Origin: Trichoplax adhaerens
Lineage: Eukaryota > Animalia > Placozoa
DNA: 64,000 nucleotides
Assembly: GCF_000150275.1 (NCBI RefSeq)
Contig: NW_002060979.1
Span: 156,612-220,611 of the forward strand
Direction of reading: 5' to 3'
Both the position numbers and the translations under genes were made by a program. The notes below the pieces were generated by a model that saw nothing but the letters and a program-made list of their open reading frames with translations, made no database searches and was not told where the DNA came from. Below are positions 26,328 through 41,000 of the stretch, in pieces. Numbering within the stretch: position 1 is the first letter of the stretch; each line of letters begins with the position of its first letter.

Positions 26328-29300
26328 ATGAATATGGACGTTGGCAATGAGATAACTGTTTCCGCCCAAGTTGGCAATCAAGCAGATAAATTGGTCAATG
26401 GTTACTCGAGTGATACTCAGGTCAATGTCATGAAGGAAAAAGACGAAAGGATAACCGGCCAGCGTGAACGAGTTACACCTGAGGAAGATCAAGAAAATAG
26501 CGATGAACAATCGCAACAACCATCTCAACAGCAGCCGCACCAGCCATTGCTACCACAGCAGCAGCAATCTCAGCAAACTCTACCCATCAGTCCATCCATT
26601 GCTTCCCAACCACAACCCCATTCTACCGATGAAGGTGAAGAAGTGGAAGAAAATGCCATTGCATCTAACCCTAATGGACGCTTTTTAAAATTCAATATTG
26701 AAATTGGTCGTGGCTCTTTCAAGACAGTGTATAAAGGTTTAGATACAGAAACGGGTGTTGCGGTTGCTTGGTGTGAATTGCAGGTAAACTCTCCATTACC
26801 CTTGACTCCAAATGATCGTCTTCTATCAATGGCCTACTACCTCAATTCCATACAATACAATATTCATACAATCCAAAATGGAACCTGTACTTTTCATAGT
26901 CATGATGACAATCATCTTGCTCACTCTCTCATACTGATAAAATCAATGATGTTGGCTTATCGTAGAAACACAGTGTATTCATTTTCAAGCCACATCATTT
27001 CAAATTTATCAAACGATGATGGCATCATAGTATGGATGGTAGTCATTTTACCCTTGAACTAAGCCAACAATTGCTTATTCAATTTATTCCATTTTCCTTA
27101 ATTTTTATTTTTTTTGTGTGCCCAAGTCGGGTGTCATGATTCTTATGGATACATAATTTTATTGGATAATTTAGGATCGAAAATATACCAAATTAGAGCG
27201 TACACGTTTCAAGGAAGAGGTGGATATACTCAAACAACTACAGCACCCCAACATTGTTAAATTTCATGACTCTTGGGAAGCCGAGAATGATTTACGCAAT
27301 GGTAAAATGAAGAAAACCTTGATATTGGTTACCGAATTGATGACTTCAGGGACATTAAAAACGTTCGTATTACAGTAATAAGAGATTGTAAATTACAATA
27401 ATAGTTCACATTTGCAATAAATAACAGTTGTAGATGATGCTATTGTATTCCCCGCGGTTTATCAACCTTTTACCTTGATACAGTATAGTCTTTTGACTAG
27501 AATACGATATTGCCAGCCTATAACTACAATATACTCTATCAGCTGTTTGTTTTGATATGTTCAATTGGTATGCAAAGTTAAAGACTCCCTCTGTACTCCC
27601 CCGGTGGATATTGATTTGATTTCTCTTGGGTTTCAATGGATTAGCCTATGCTATGGCTTGCTCTAAGTACCCTATGGTCCACTCATTAATTGAAGCTGTT
27701 TTACAACGCTAAAAAGAAAAAAAATGATGAATTTTCAATCATTCTCCTACAAGTCTTACGGTGCCGTTCTTTCTATTCTATACGAAGTATAATCTATATA
27801 TATATATATTCGTATGGAGAGAGATCGCATCGATGGGACGGGCAATGTGTATATTTGGAGTGCATATATATAGATATATATATACTCTACTGTAACCGGA
27901 TGGATTGATTTACTATATTAGTTGTGGTGCAGTAAATTAATAGCGTACTAAAACTATAAAATTATGACTGGTAGCGGAATAAGCTAAATTGTCCCAGTTC
28001 TTACCTATGAAAGAAAAGGAAAACCTAATTTGAACTTCGATGGCTACGGCTATCCCATTAATTTAATCATTTCTATAGTGCAGTATCATCTACACAGTGT
28101 TGTAATATACAATAGATACTGTAGTTTGGCGTAAATTTTATTAACCTTAATCGTCGCTTTATGCCAATAGACTATACAAAACCATTTTGAAAACAATACA
28201 AAATACTCATTCCCTTCTACCTTCAACAGCCATGGAAGCCATTGCTATATCAATGTCTCTTCCATGTACAAACAAAATTATTTTGAAATTTTCCTAAGCG
28301 TATGATTTAGTTTTTACCGGTGCTTGAGAAGCATACAAGATCGATCTTACTACACTATGTAGTGGTTAGCCATTTAATGCAATTAAAGGATGAGGTTGTT
28401 TACCCGTTTACGACACTCTGCAGGGCTTTGATGCGTTTATGGTAGGAATGATTAGCATTAGAATAGCCGCAACAACTCCGATATGAAAGATAGCATTTTG
28501 ATTGGAGTTACTATTCATTCTTATTATCGTTATAATAATGGTATATTAACAGCAATCCCTTTCCATCCTTGTATTCAACTGGAAACGATATTATTGTATT
28601 ATTGTTATCCTTGGTTTATTTTTTCCTTCAAATTTTTTTTTTCATCTAATTATACAGTACTTTCATCCAATATCTTGTACAAAAATTGCCGGATATGAGC
28701 TACTGTACGTATTGCTGTGCCTTGTGAAGCCTGTGATTGTCAGTGGTTACCATTCGGGTTGGTAGGGTGCAGCAACCATACAATATAAGAAGAGTTGATG
28801 TTATCGTTTAATATTTTTTTGACAGTATGATCCATTGGCCACTCATCAACTAATAGCAACAGTATGTAGACATTAGCTATGATCGATCTACTCGTAGCCA
28901 GCAATTAGGAGGGCGTAATTTATAACGCTGCTTTATTTAGAATAATAAGCGCTATTATATCCTCACCTAAACTCCAAACCATCGACGGTGTCTTCAAAAT
29001 GGTGCAATTATGTGTAGAATGCGAGTCTTTGTGTCATGGTAGTTTACTATTGTATAACTTGACAACAAGAAGGGTAGTATCAAAATTTATTATCAAGTCG
29101 AGAGAGGGTGGAATCGAGTAAAGAAATTAGTTTCATCAAGTTGGAATGAGCTATTTTACACTTTTGCAGTACAACATTTTTTTATATTTTATTAATGCAA
29201 TGATGAGAGAAAGAATGATACTTAAATTAAACAGATACTTTTCCATTTGTTAACTTTGATGACTCTAGATATTTGAAGAGATTTAAAGGGACGAAAATTA

Positions 29301-32300
29301 ATTTGAAAATATTACGTGGGTGGTCTCGTCAAATTCTGAAAGGATTACAGTTTTTACATACGAGAACACCACCTATAATCCATCGTGATTTAAAGTGCGA
29401 CAACATTTTCGTCAATGGCACTAATGGTAACGTAAAAATTGGTGATTTAGGCCTGGCTACACTACGCCGTCAATCGTACGCCAAAAGTGTGATCGGTAAG
29501 TGATTACGTTATCCAATGTAATCCTGAGATTATCCCTTGTTTCAACGTCTACTCTTGCCATGCCTAAGCTAACATTGCATTACATAGTTTGTTTCATATT
29601 TGTTTCCTTGCATTATACTATAAGTTACTAGGAATACAATAGCAAGTACGATGAATAGATTTTAGGCTTTCAAGATCGATTTTCCAATTTAGCTGGTTTT
29701 TTCGTTTTACTGCTAATGAATTGACTTACGTATTGACGTCCAATTGCAACTGTGGGCCAATATGAAATAATTATTTTTATTCTCATTAGTCTGTGTAGCT
29801 TTTTTTACAGTTCATGATAAAATATTGATAGCCCAGAAGAACTTAATGTAATAAAGGATTAATTGTACTGTACATTCCTTATGTTTTGTAAACATAGCTT
29901 TCTTAATCCCACTACTGTACGCTTGTTAAAAGTTAATTGTATGTTACCCGTAATGTATAATGGCAAAATATAATAACGGATCATAGGTACACCGGAATTT
30001 ATGGCGCCTGAAATGTATGAAGAACACTACGATGAATCTGTTGACGTGTACGCTTTTGGCATGTGCCTCCTAGAAATGACTACGAATGAATATCCTTACA
30101 TGGAATGTCAAAATGCAGCCCAAATATATCGTCTTGTTACAAGTGTTAGTACTTAATCATTAGTATTGGTATATTTGGATTACAACTATTCAATGATCAA
30201 TTCGTTATTATATAAAAAATTGTTGAAGTTGTATGTGGTTGTTGGTATATGATATAAAATTGGAAAGTAAAAATTGAAATATCATTTTGTTTATTACTAG
30301 GGAGTTAAACCGCAATCTTTCGATAAAGTAGAATCACCATTAGTGAAAGACATAATTGAAGGTTGCACGCGACGCCAAGGAGACGCTAGGTATATCTAAA
30401 AATGTCGATCGCGTACTTTTTTTTCAAATTTGCTATCGATTTCGGGGTTAATATTGAAATTGTAGACTATGCTGACGTCATTGGGACATATTATTTCATA
30501 CTAGATTTACGATAAAAGCTCTGCTGAATCATCAGTTCTTTCAAGAAGATGAACCTAAAGTTAAAATAGAAGTTAAAAAAGACTCTCATGAGAAAGATAC
30601 ACTACATATGGCTCTTAGAGTTGATGATCCAAAGAAGAAAAAAAAGGACGATCGAACAATTCAGTTTGCTTTTAACTTGAAAACAGATGATGCAGAAAAA
30701 ATTGCTAACGAAATGGTTAAATCAATTTCCTTTTATGATTGATTGAGCAATTATAATATAGATCATTAATCAACTATTGAATTGAATGAATATGTTAACA
30801 ATCATTTTTTTTGTATATTGTTTATTATGTATTTAGGTATCATCGCGTATACTAACGAGCGAGGAACAGCAATCGGTGGTGAAGGCTGTCCGAGATCAAA
30901 TCGATCAAGCAAAGAAGGAAAGAAGCGTATCAATTGACAACGGAAGCATTGGAAATGTCGGTAAACAAGTAACGCAGAGTACTGAACAGCCACAAGAAGC
31001 GCCTTCAACTGTTAATCTCGAAATAAGAAGGCAAACAAGTAACATTGATGAAAGTGATAAGGTTATTTTATTGCAATTACTTTACCGACAAATTGAGTCA
31101 ATTATTTTATCAACCTTAATAACGTAACGAACAGCAATAAAAAAAGTTGTTATTGTCTTAATTGATCAATTTAATAACGTTTTGTTTTTCTATATATCAG
31201 AAACAGGTAGAAAATACTCAGGATCAAGCTGCAGACTTAATTAATCAGCTTGTTGCACAGTCAGAGACTGCTAATACTGTTCAACAAGACAGTGAGAACA
31301 AAGCAGTTTCAGCTAACAAATCTGCTACACGTCCAAGAGGGGGTAAATCTGCAAAGGATAGAAAGCCAAAATTGACAGTTATATCTACTGAAGGAGAGGT
31401 TGTAGAATGTTCTTTTGAAACTTATAAACAGCAGACAATAACTTTTAAGTTTGGATTATCAGATGATGATACTCCTGAGGATATGGCAAAGAATATGGTA
31501 TGAAATTAATTTCTTATGGCGTGCTTACATAATTGCTGAATTTTCAAATTTAGGTATCGTAGTTGAATCAAAGTTAATCAAGTCTTATTGTTTAATGTTA
31601 GATCGAACACGGTCATTTACGAGAAATCCATTCAAATATATTTTGTAAACAAATACGTGACATTATCGAGAATCGTCGAGATATCATCGATACCGAGAAA
31701 TCTAAGAAATCAAGAGTTTCTACTAAAGGGGAAGAAAATGCAGAGTATAGAACACCGACGAGTACACAGGAGGTATATCACAAAACTTTGCTATGGTCCT
31801 AATGCTCAATCTTTTTGATTTTTTCTATGATGATATACACTTATGTACCGATTACAAACTATGTATGGTGACACATAACTATACCCAAATTTCTGATTGT
31901 ACAGTACTACCATTGTTGTAGTAACCAACTAGCTCTTTAGCGATGACATAGTAGCTAAAGATAGATAAGATAATTGATATCATAAACTCTTATTTAGATT
32001 GAAAGTGATCAGCATCGGACTATCTCGACATCCGATAGCAAAGATAGTAACGTAAGGAGATTAAATCTTATTTGCAAAAATTATAGTATAGGATACTATA
32101 TTAAATCTTATACAATTTATTTCGATGTATGTTGCAATAGATAAATTCACCAGATGACGATAGATCGACACAGATAGAAGGGGTTGCTAAATCTCGCCAG
32201 GAAGCTGTAAGATTATTGTAAAAGTTGTCTGTTAAATATTGATAATTATCACTAGAGGCAGTAATAATTGGTTCTTCCTTTATTACGTAGGTAATAAAAC

Positions 32301-35014
32301 AAGATGAACAACAGCAACAACAATCCCAAAACGGAAATGAAAGGTCTGGTGTAACAGATACTACTGCAACTATCAAGGCATATGAAGATGCTACTTCGAG
32401 TAAAATGAAAGAAACTAATAGTGTTGTCTCGACCCCACAAGTAAGCACTACCAAAACTGATGTTACGCAAGGTGTTGAAACAGTAATTGGTCAAAATTCA
32501 GTCGCTCAATCGACTATACAACAAGTCGAGACCAATACTTCTAATCAACCAACTGTAAACCAAAGCTCAATTTACTCTACACCTCTTCATCCATCAACTA
32601 GTATGCAAAGTATCCATGACAATCAAGGTGTTACTAGTAAAGGAGTTTCGATGTCAAATCAACAGCAGAATTATCCTATTCCTCCACAAACTCTGCCATT
32701 AGGCAAATCCATGAATCGGATGCAACAGCCAAAAGTTTTACAGCAAGGCATGCCATTACAAGGACAAAATCAGGCCGTAAAACAGTATCCACAATCAGTT
32801 ACCGTCTCAACACTCCAAGCGACATTTCAAACGCAAACTGGGCCTCAAGTGGTTCAGTCAATGCCTACGTCTACATCTCAATCACAGGTCGGAGTTCCAA
32901 ATCAAAAACCATTAAATCAACAGCAACAGTCCCTACAGAATAAAAATAACACCGTAAACAGTGTTGGTCAGCAAGTTTTTGTTACCACTACGCCAAATTT
33001 ACATCCTTCACAGTATCAACATGCCCCGACTCAGTTGTCATCTCGAATTCAACAGAATAGTCAAACACAACCGTCTCCAACATCTGTTGCCCACTTGCAG
33101 GCTAATAGTCAGGCATTGCTACAGCAACCAAACACCTCTGTATTATATCATGGACAACAAGGTGGACTGCCTAATGTACCACGACAATCATTGCTGCAAT
33201 ATCCAACTGCTGGTCAGAATGTGGCAAATGTTGTTCATCAAGGAGCACAAATTGCGCATAACGCTGGACTTGCGCACAATTCTCAACCGATACTGCAACA
33301 GCCTTCAAGTCAGATGTTTAACCCTAATCAGAAACCACCAGCAGCATTGTCTGCTGCTCAACAATCACTACTAGCAAATCCTAATGCGTGGGGTAGTGGC
33401 ATAACATCTCAGGTACCTGATCCAGATCAAGCTGATGCTCTTTGGAAGGCGACTTTACAGCAAGCGAAGACTATGTCTCATAATATGATCACTCTTGCCA
33501 CGCATTTATTTAATAACTTATGTTCGGGGTGTGAATTGACATATGATCAATATCATTTTTTAATTAATTTCATAACGACACAGCAGCAGAAAGCCACTCA
33601 AGGAAGCCTTGAAGCTGGTACGCCTGATTTACGAAATCCCAATTTTAATCGATTACAACAAACATTGTACGATCCATCGGTGCTACTTGGTATACCGTTG
33701 CGTCAAAGTATGCCTACTTTACCTGTTTCATTTCAAGATCCTGTTACTGATTGGAATACGCGACGGTATTATCAAAACTTGGTGCAAATGCAACGTCTTA
33801 GACAGATACCGCAGCAGTCATATGAAAGCATTGGCGATGTGACACCTGTGAATCCAGCTGTATCGGATGGCCTTAATGTAACATATAATCGCTGGGAACC
33901 TAGTACTAATCAAGTATCGTCGGTTAATGTAAATGACTCTAATCCAGTACCATTACCATCACAAATTTCACCTCTTCAGTTTAAACCTGACCAGGGAACA
34001 ACAAATCAAGGGAATACTGTATATGAATTATCAGACAATAACAAACAAAATTACAATATATCCCAGCCACCGGTCCAAAACCATTATAATCCTGTTCGAA
34101 ATGTTCAACCCACTGTTCAAAATGCTGCCGTTAATGTAGTTGATCAGCATGTACCTCAACATGAGCAGCCGACCAATGCTAACGTTGTTACTGGGGGTAT
34201 GCTTCCTAACACCAGTATTAAAGTGGATCAACAGGTAACTAAACCTTTAGAAGTCAGTTCACATGGTCGTACAGTAAGTATAGGCGATATCACGGTTGGT
34301 GTAATTGGTCACGAATCAGTAGTGAAATCATCGGAAGAGAATCAACAGGGGCCAAAAGTTTCAGTTACCGATGAAACTCATCCTTCCAGGTTTAAAATTA
34401 AGAAGATCTTGGATGATGGGTATGGAGTCGGTGGCACTGCCGAAATTGGTAATAGTCAATTTCAAATTAACGATGGTACGACTGACGCCGTTTCCTTGCC
34501 AAGTGTTAGCCCTGTAACTCAAGCGAGTGATGTATTTTTTACTGATGCCATTGGCGATCAACCGGTTATTCAATCCTATAGCTGTCCGAATATTAATTCA
34601 CACGTAGATATGAGTCCAGATGGTGACAAAGTGATACGAATTCAAGAAGTTAGCCTGTCAGATAGTGATTGTACCGAATTTAGTAGATCAAATCAAGATG
34701 ATGAAATACAATTTCAAGCTTCCTCTCATGCTGGTTGTATGTCAGGAGGTATCTCTGGTGATATGGTTAGTACATTCGAAAATACGTCGTGAAGACGTTC
34801 GGCGTTATGATAGTTGTGTTGTAATAACCTCTTTTATTTTTTTTTTGATGTGTAGGTGACCACTGCTGGTGTATTGACTACGACCGAAGATAATCTTAGG
34901 CCGGTAGCTGATGGACGAGGTAAATTAAGATTGTTTGCCTTTTTTTTGTAATTTTTGTACGTAAATTGACAAGTGTAATTTTTAACGTTTTTTATAGTTT
35001 ATAACGAGAAATAA
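26328..35014 (+). CDS. WNK: WNK (With-No-Lysine) Ser/Thr kinase, ~1565 aa
   Basis: Exons 26328-26783, 27175-27362, 29269-29495, 29987-30144, 30301-30389, 30505-30715, 30837-31061, 31201-31497, 31602-31772, 31998-32051, 32141-32206, 32291-34765, 34856-34919 and 34998-35014 join in frame. Diagnostic motifs: [11 protein letters not shown] (subdomain-I Lys), [38 protein letters not shown], two CCT/PF2-like segments ([19 protein letters not shown]; [21 protein letters not shown]) and an RFKI docking motif. The last two exons are less certain. Confidence 0.95.
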
Positions 35015-37073
35015 GCAGATATTATGGCTCATTCCAAGCATTCTTAATGAAGATTGTAATTTAGAATAACCATCTATGATTGCTTTTGTACAATATAAAT
35101 TGTTGTTTTTGTTCTATCTCACCTTTTATTCACGATGTAAATGAAAATAATGAATATCGTAAAAATATTTAACTCATTAAGATTAGCCGATGGTGCTAAA
35201 TTTGAACATTTTTCATGTTTGCCTTACTGTTACCGGTTAGATAAATATTTTATTAAGAATTATTCATAGATGTTGTAGGAACTTTTGCTACTAATGATTA
35301 CTGGCAAATGGTTATCGAGTACGCAAAAATTTGCGATTTTTCTGTAAGAAAACTGCAATTTTATAAGCGTATTGTAGTTCTGCGCATGGAGTAACATCAA
35401 GAGCACGCTAGAAGTCAATATGGCCTCATTATACTATAATACCACACGGTTACATTACGACTGTTATTGCCGTAGAGGGTACGATATCAGTGCTTAAATC
35501 TGAAATGGAAATTGTACTTTAACTGATGCACTGAAAACTGATTAAGATAAAATTTCGTTCAATATATCGTTTACGATCTGATAGTGTAAAGTTCCAAACG
35601 ACACTAGTAAAAATAAGGTTGTTTCTAAATAAATTTAACACGACACCTATTTGCAAAATTTTCTACTGTGCGTTGTCTTTGTACTAGATGGAAAGTTGCG
35701 AGAATGAATGAGTGCTGACACTAATTCTGTAAAGCAGGATTACTAAAAGAGTATGAACTATTTAAATTTCATTCTTAAAGTCTTGAAGTCGTTGTAGATA
35801 ACAAAGTTAGAGATTTAGGTAAAGCATCATACGTAGTATGTGCTAAGTTGGTGTTATGAAGGAAGTAACATGCGACGTAGTGATCGCAGTATGATTAAAA
35901 TTGTAAAGAGAGAGACAAGTGTAAGAAGTTATATTATTACTTCATAGTAATGCAATTAGTCTAATGCTGGAGTATAGTGTCTAGTCTGGATAAAGATATG
36001 AACAAATTGGCCTACATTCAGCTCTCACAAGGCTAGTTTATTATTAGTAAGTAAACAAGAGTTACTATGAATTAGTTTTTAGCGGATATATAGGAATTGC
36101 AAGTCAACATCAAGTTCTGCGATGCTAGTAATTGAGTAATTCGTTTTCCATATTTTCATCAAGTAATTCTACAAATGACGCAGGTTCTATTTACAACGAA
36201 ATGTGGATGGTGATTCTTCAATATACTCGTACATTCGATCCTTCCATTTGTTGCATTAATATAATATGCTCATTTTCTCATTTTTGGCCAAATTTGGTAG
36301 TTGTAATATAATTTAGATTTCACCGATTTATCAATTATCCGTCAAATACGTATTGTACTGTATGATATTTACATATTAATGAGAGAATAACTAATATGGT
36401 AGTGTTCATTGTTGTATCAAGGCTAGAATTAGTCGGATGAAGAGTAAAGATTTGAAATTTTACAGATCTTGCGTAGCCATTGGAATAAACTCTGTTCCGT
36501 TGTATTGCAACTACTATTACAATTGGTATACCGTAAAATGTAGAAAAATGATAGATTACATCTAGGCGGAGGAGGTGATGTTCGCATAGGCCATGAACAT
36601 TCTTCACGCTGCTCTAGCCGAAGCATTTTGGTTCTAAGTACTACTTATATAAGCAATGATATTACCATATTGTAGATCTTACTGACTTGCAAACAGAATC
36701 CACCTTTATAAATTCATGGTTCTGATTCTCAAAACTATTGACTATTACAGCTACTGTAGTTGTAGTAGGGACTATTTAAAGATCGAATTTCTTTCACCTC
36801 TTTGGAGACCTGCTAAAAGTCAAAGAAAGTAGTAAAATTATTGCACGCAATCTATAAATATAAGTATTGCGTGGTAAGGAATCTGTAATATGCAGATATA
36901 GTGAATTCGTCGGTATTGCTTTAGTATATCTATATAAAAATTCTATTTCGTGACATCCGTCGTTGCCATGGAGATTGATTGTTCCGGTGCCTACCGTATT
37001 TGGCTATTGAGGGTGCGGGTGCTTCTGATTGTCTAGCAATGTACCCGTATGGCGGTGCATTGCTGCACTTCAA

Positions 37074-37226
37074 GTACTGTACACTGTACAGTGTACAGTA
37101 CTCTACCAAAATGTACTGTACTGTACTGTACTGTCAGTACTGTACTGTACTGTACTGTAGAGGTCCGGTAAAATTCAGTATACTGTACTGTATCCTGTAT
37201 TACATGTACTGTAGAGTACTGTACAG
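37074..37226. repeat. (TACTG)n pentanucleotide microsatellite-like tract
   Basis: gtactgtactgtactgtactgtcagtactgtactgtactgtactgtag, plus flanking degenerate copies. Confidence 0.85.
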
Positions 37227-38063
37227 TTTACACTTGATCATGGTTCTAGTTCTGACAGTAACCATTGCTGACTGCTGAGTATCGCTAAGCACATCCGTAC
37301 AATATACTGTATAATATTACACTCCAGCCAGACTCCAGAACTGTTTACTTTGCTCAAATCTTGGTGTTTACTTGCTTCTATAGTAATCATTGTTTGATTT
37401 TTGATTGTCCTGAAATGCCAAGAATTTTTCATACTATAATGTATTTTTCGCAATTTTGTATAGCCTGCCATGACAGGACTCCATGACAGCCCCTTCACCC
37501 TTTATGACCTGAGTTATAGGTCACTACGCGCTGAATCGTCATCGATACAGGTACGTACTGTACAGTATGATGTCGCGCAGTACGATGACCTCCTAATGAC
37601 TCCATAGCGGTCGATCGACCTGTTTTGCTGATGCACCAGTGAAAACTTTCTGCAAAGGAAATTCTCTTTTAGTGATTAATATTCGTCAGTGAAAATCAGT
37701 GTACCCCATCCATTTTTGTACTTTTTACGATATTCTAAGTATACAACCGAGGATGGTTCAGTGAAAAAATGTGGATAGTAACGTTATAAGCAGGAAATGA
37801 ATGATAATTATTAGATAAAATATCGACGTGCACCGTTATTGAAGAAAAAAGTTAGAAAAAGATTCTTAGATTCCTTGTTGAAAAGTCATAACAGGCTTAC
37901 AAAAGGTGTTGATTCTACAGTCAACGTCCCTGCAGACCTATTGGATCATTATATAATCGCTGCTACTGGATAGGAAATTACCATTCAATTAGAACTATTT
38001 GGCCATTTCACCTGAGTTTGAGGCAGCTGGGTAAGAAGAAAAGTGCTTTATTAGGCGGCCAAG

Positions 38064-41000
38064 ATGGGCAATGCCGGAGTAAAGCCATTAAATGAAACGA
38101 AATCGATTAATGGAAGTCGTGTTGTATTAATCGATGACGATTGGAAAAATCAAACTAAGAATTGTGAATCATTTGAAGTCTATAAATATGTTGATTTTAA
38201 AGGTGGTGGTTCATTAGTGGATTCATATATTGAAGGTGAGAACGAGAAGACTCAAGCAATCATCAGTCAATCTCAAATTACGAAGAATTTACTAGGTGAA
38301 CAAGGCTGTGGAATTTTCACCAAATTAAGTCAATTTACACCCACACAGTTATTATGCAACGACAAATCCAGGGTAAGATTGAAACTCTTATAGTAATTAA
38401 ATGTTTTCAAAGACAGAATGAAAATCTGCTGTAGCTACTTTCATATTTTTTCCTCTTTTTCAACTTTTCAATTTATTTGAATACTGACGGGTATTACGGA
38501 TTGGGTTTACCACTGTGAAATTGACTTGATCCCAGAATTATTTTGTTGCTTATATTAATGACATGGATGTAGTACTAGGGTTTACTTTGAATCGCTTATC
38601 TAAAACAACGATTACAATTTTTAACTCGCATCAAGATGACACAGTAGTATCGTCGTCATTCTACGGAGTGCGCTTTTACCAGATTTCGCTTTAACAAGTT
38701 ATATCCCTTACTGAGCTAGTTTACGGTAGAGTAAAAGTGAAGAATATCAAATCAGAATTTACGAGACTGTTACATTACAAAAGAATAGGCACTACATTAA
38801 CTTAAAGCAGCCTCTCACGTGGAAGCTAAAACGTGGATTTCATAGCATACATGATATTATTATTATGCCTATAATCGCATACATTATATAATTCTATAAT
38901 TTACTGTAATTACACGAATTCAGTTTTTAGTTATTTTCAAGTACTGACAGTAGTAAACATGCGGCTGCGAGGAATTAACTTGACGCATATCTTATTTAGT
39001 TAACTTTATTTGATTCGACGTCACAACATAAGCAAATAACTTGAATTAGCTTTCGTATTAAATTTATACTGAAGTATGTACGCGTATATGTTACTACTAA
39101 GTATTCGCGATTGACAAACTAAAGTGTCGATAGATATACAGTACACCAAATATCTAGCCGCGTAATTTCAATCGCGAATAAAATTGATATACTGTACTTA
39201 ATCCTTCATCACTGTATCTCATGCGTACAGTACTTTTAAATTAAATATGAAAGACCGGGAGTTAAAGTGAAATTCACGTAGGATCGGTTGATAAAAAACC
39301 TTCATAAATTGCCCGGCCGTAGAAGAAATAGTCTAGGCGATCCTGGTATAGTAGTTTAATTACATATCATTCAATAGTTTCGACTTGACTGCCTATACTG
39401 ATGAGTAATAAAAAAATATAGAGTATTTATCATGAGATCATTTTAGCCGTACCGTAATCGAATCCGTCTTTATGCTAAACGAATAAAAATCACGAAAGGT
39501 TCATGAGTGAATAATACGCATAGCTTATATCGTCAACGTTACGATGCATGAACAGTAAAGTCGATGGAATAGTTTTTTCGTAAAATTTGAGCAGCCGTAA
39601 AAATAGTTGTAAATCATTTCTTAACCATAAAATGCTGATATTTCTTTTTCTTTTATCCTCGCACTTCCAAAGTCTCTAAAATAGTACCGATTACAAAAAT
39701 CCGATCCACGGTTCTTAAATTTTTAGTTGCTAGAAATTGATGATGTATTATTATTATATATGATATTCGCTACAATGCGTGCAATTTACGAATTAAGCCG
39801 TTGATTTGGTAAATAAATAAACACGGAAATATCAAAGTGAATATTTTCCATTTCCGTACTAGGATACCGATCCAGAACGATGTGATGGAGATTATGATAC
39901 TGTTGATGGTGATGACGAAAAGTTACTAGTCTGTTGGGATACGAATAAACGCGGAGCAGTGGGTGAAACGCCGTTACATATCTGCTTCCTTATCAATCAA
40001 GATGTTCACAGAGCAATTGCTAAATGCCTTCTGCAAGCTTACCCGGCGATGGCACATGATATCTACATCAAACCGGAATATTATGGTGAGTCAAAAAAAT
40101 ATTGAAATCTTAATTCAATACTTCAAGGTACAAGCCTACAACTTCATTCCGTATCATTCGTTGATTATTATGATCCCATTACCCCTTAGATCAGGTTATT
40201 TACCTATTATTTATAATTATGCTTTATCCTTGATTTGTTATTGATACTTGGTCCGGAATGACTCACTTAAAGGTTAAACGGGCAAAATATGTGTATGTGA
40301 TAATGTAAATATTGATACTTTGATTTCTGAGCTAAGCCTTGTAGACTGATCGAATCGAATTGTTAGCTGTACGTTATTTTGACCGATACAAAAGTATAGC
40401 TACAAAGTAACAATTTAATATCAAGCTATCAGCCAAGATCTATAAACATCAGGAAATTTTTCATTCATATTTGAAATTTTTACGTTTAATTTGAACATAT
40501 GATTACTTCATTACGCCTATACTCACGTTAGACTTTTCGTAAGCGATTGAAATTATTATGATAGAGGCACAGTATGAATGAGACGTTCAGGTTGAATTTA
40601 TTGCTAAATTTAAGTTAATATACTAGCACTGATACGCAGGAACATTAAAATCATTTCAATGTAGTAGGAAAATCTGTCGGTGTGTACGAATATTTGCTAA
40701 TCTTAAGTATTGTAACAAAGGTATATATATATATACATAATACTACCTGTGATTGCTACATACGTACGCATAGATATTCTAGATCCACTTGAAAGAACAG
40801 TTACAGTATGTTTTATTAACGACAAGTCTTTGATATAGTCAGCAGTTTGTGTCCGTTGACTTATTAAGTAGTTCCTGCTATTACCATTCGACGCTTCTCA
40901 AGGTAGAGCATATGATCATTAGCGATATTTAGACTGATGGGATGCCAGCATAGAGTATTATCGATGTTACAGCCCGGATATAATTTCAGCGGTCTTCTTT

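Noticed and set aside
33412-33440. VPDPDQAD as a KLHL3-type acidic degron in WNK
   Set aside because: It only loosely resembles EPEEPEADQ and lies far from the usual position after the first CCT-like domain.
32101-34573. Alternative-frame and antisense ORFs overlapping WNK exons
   Set aside because: These are shadow ORFs of a long coding exon and carry no protein motifs.
36979-37278. 99-aa Cys/Tyr-rich ORF
   Set aside because: It is a translation of the (TACTG)n tract, not a credible protein.
37814-37972. Open stretch IKYRRAPLLKKKVRKRFLDSLLKSH... between WNK and TRPV
   Set aside because: It has no start codon, does not resemble the WNK coiled coil and is phase-incompatible with the last WNK donor. 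It is probably TRPV 5' UTR or promoter sequence.
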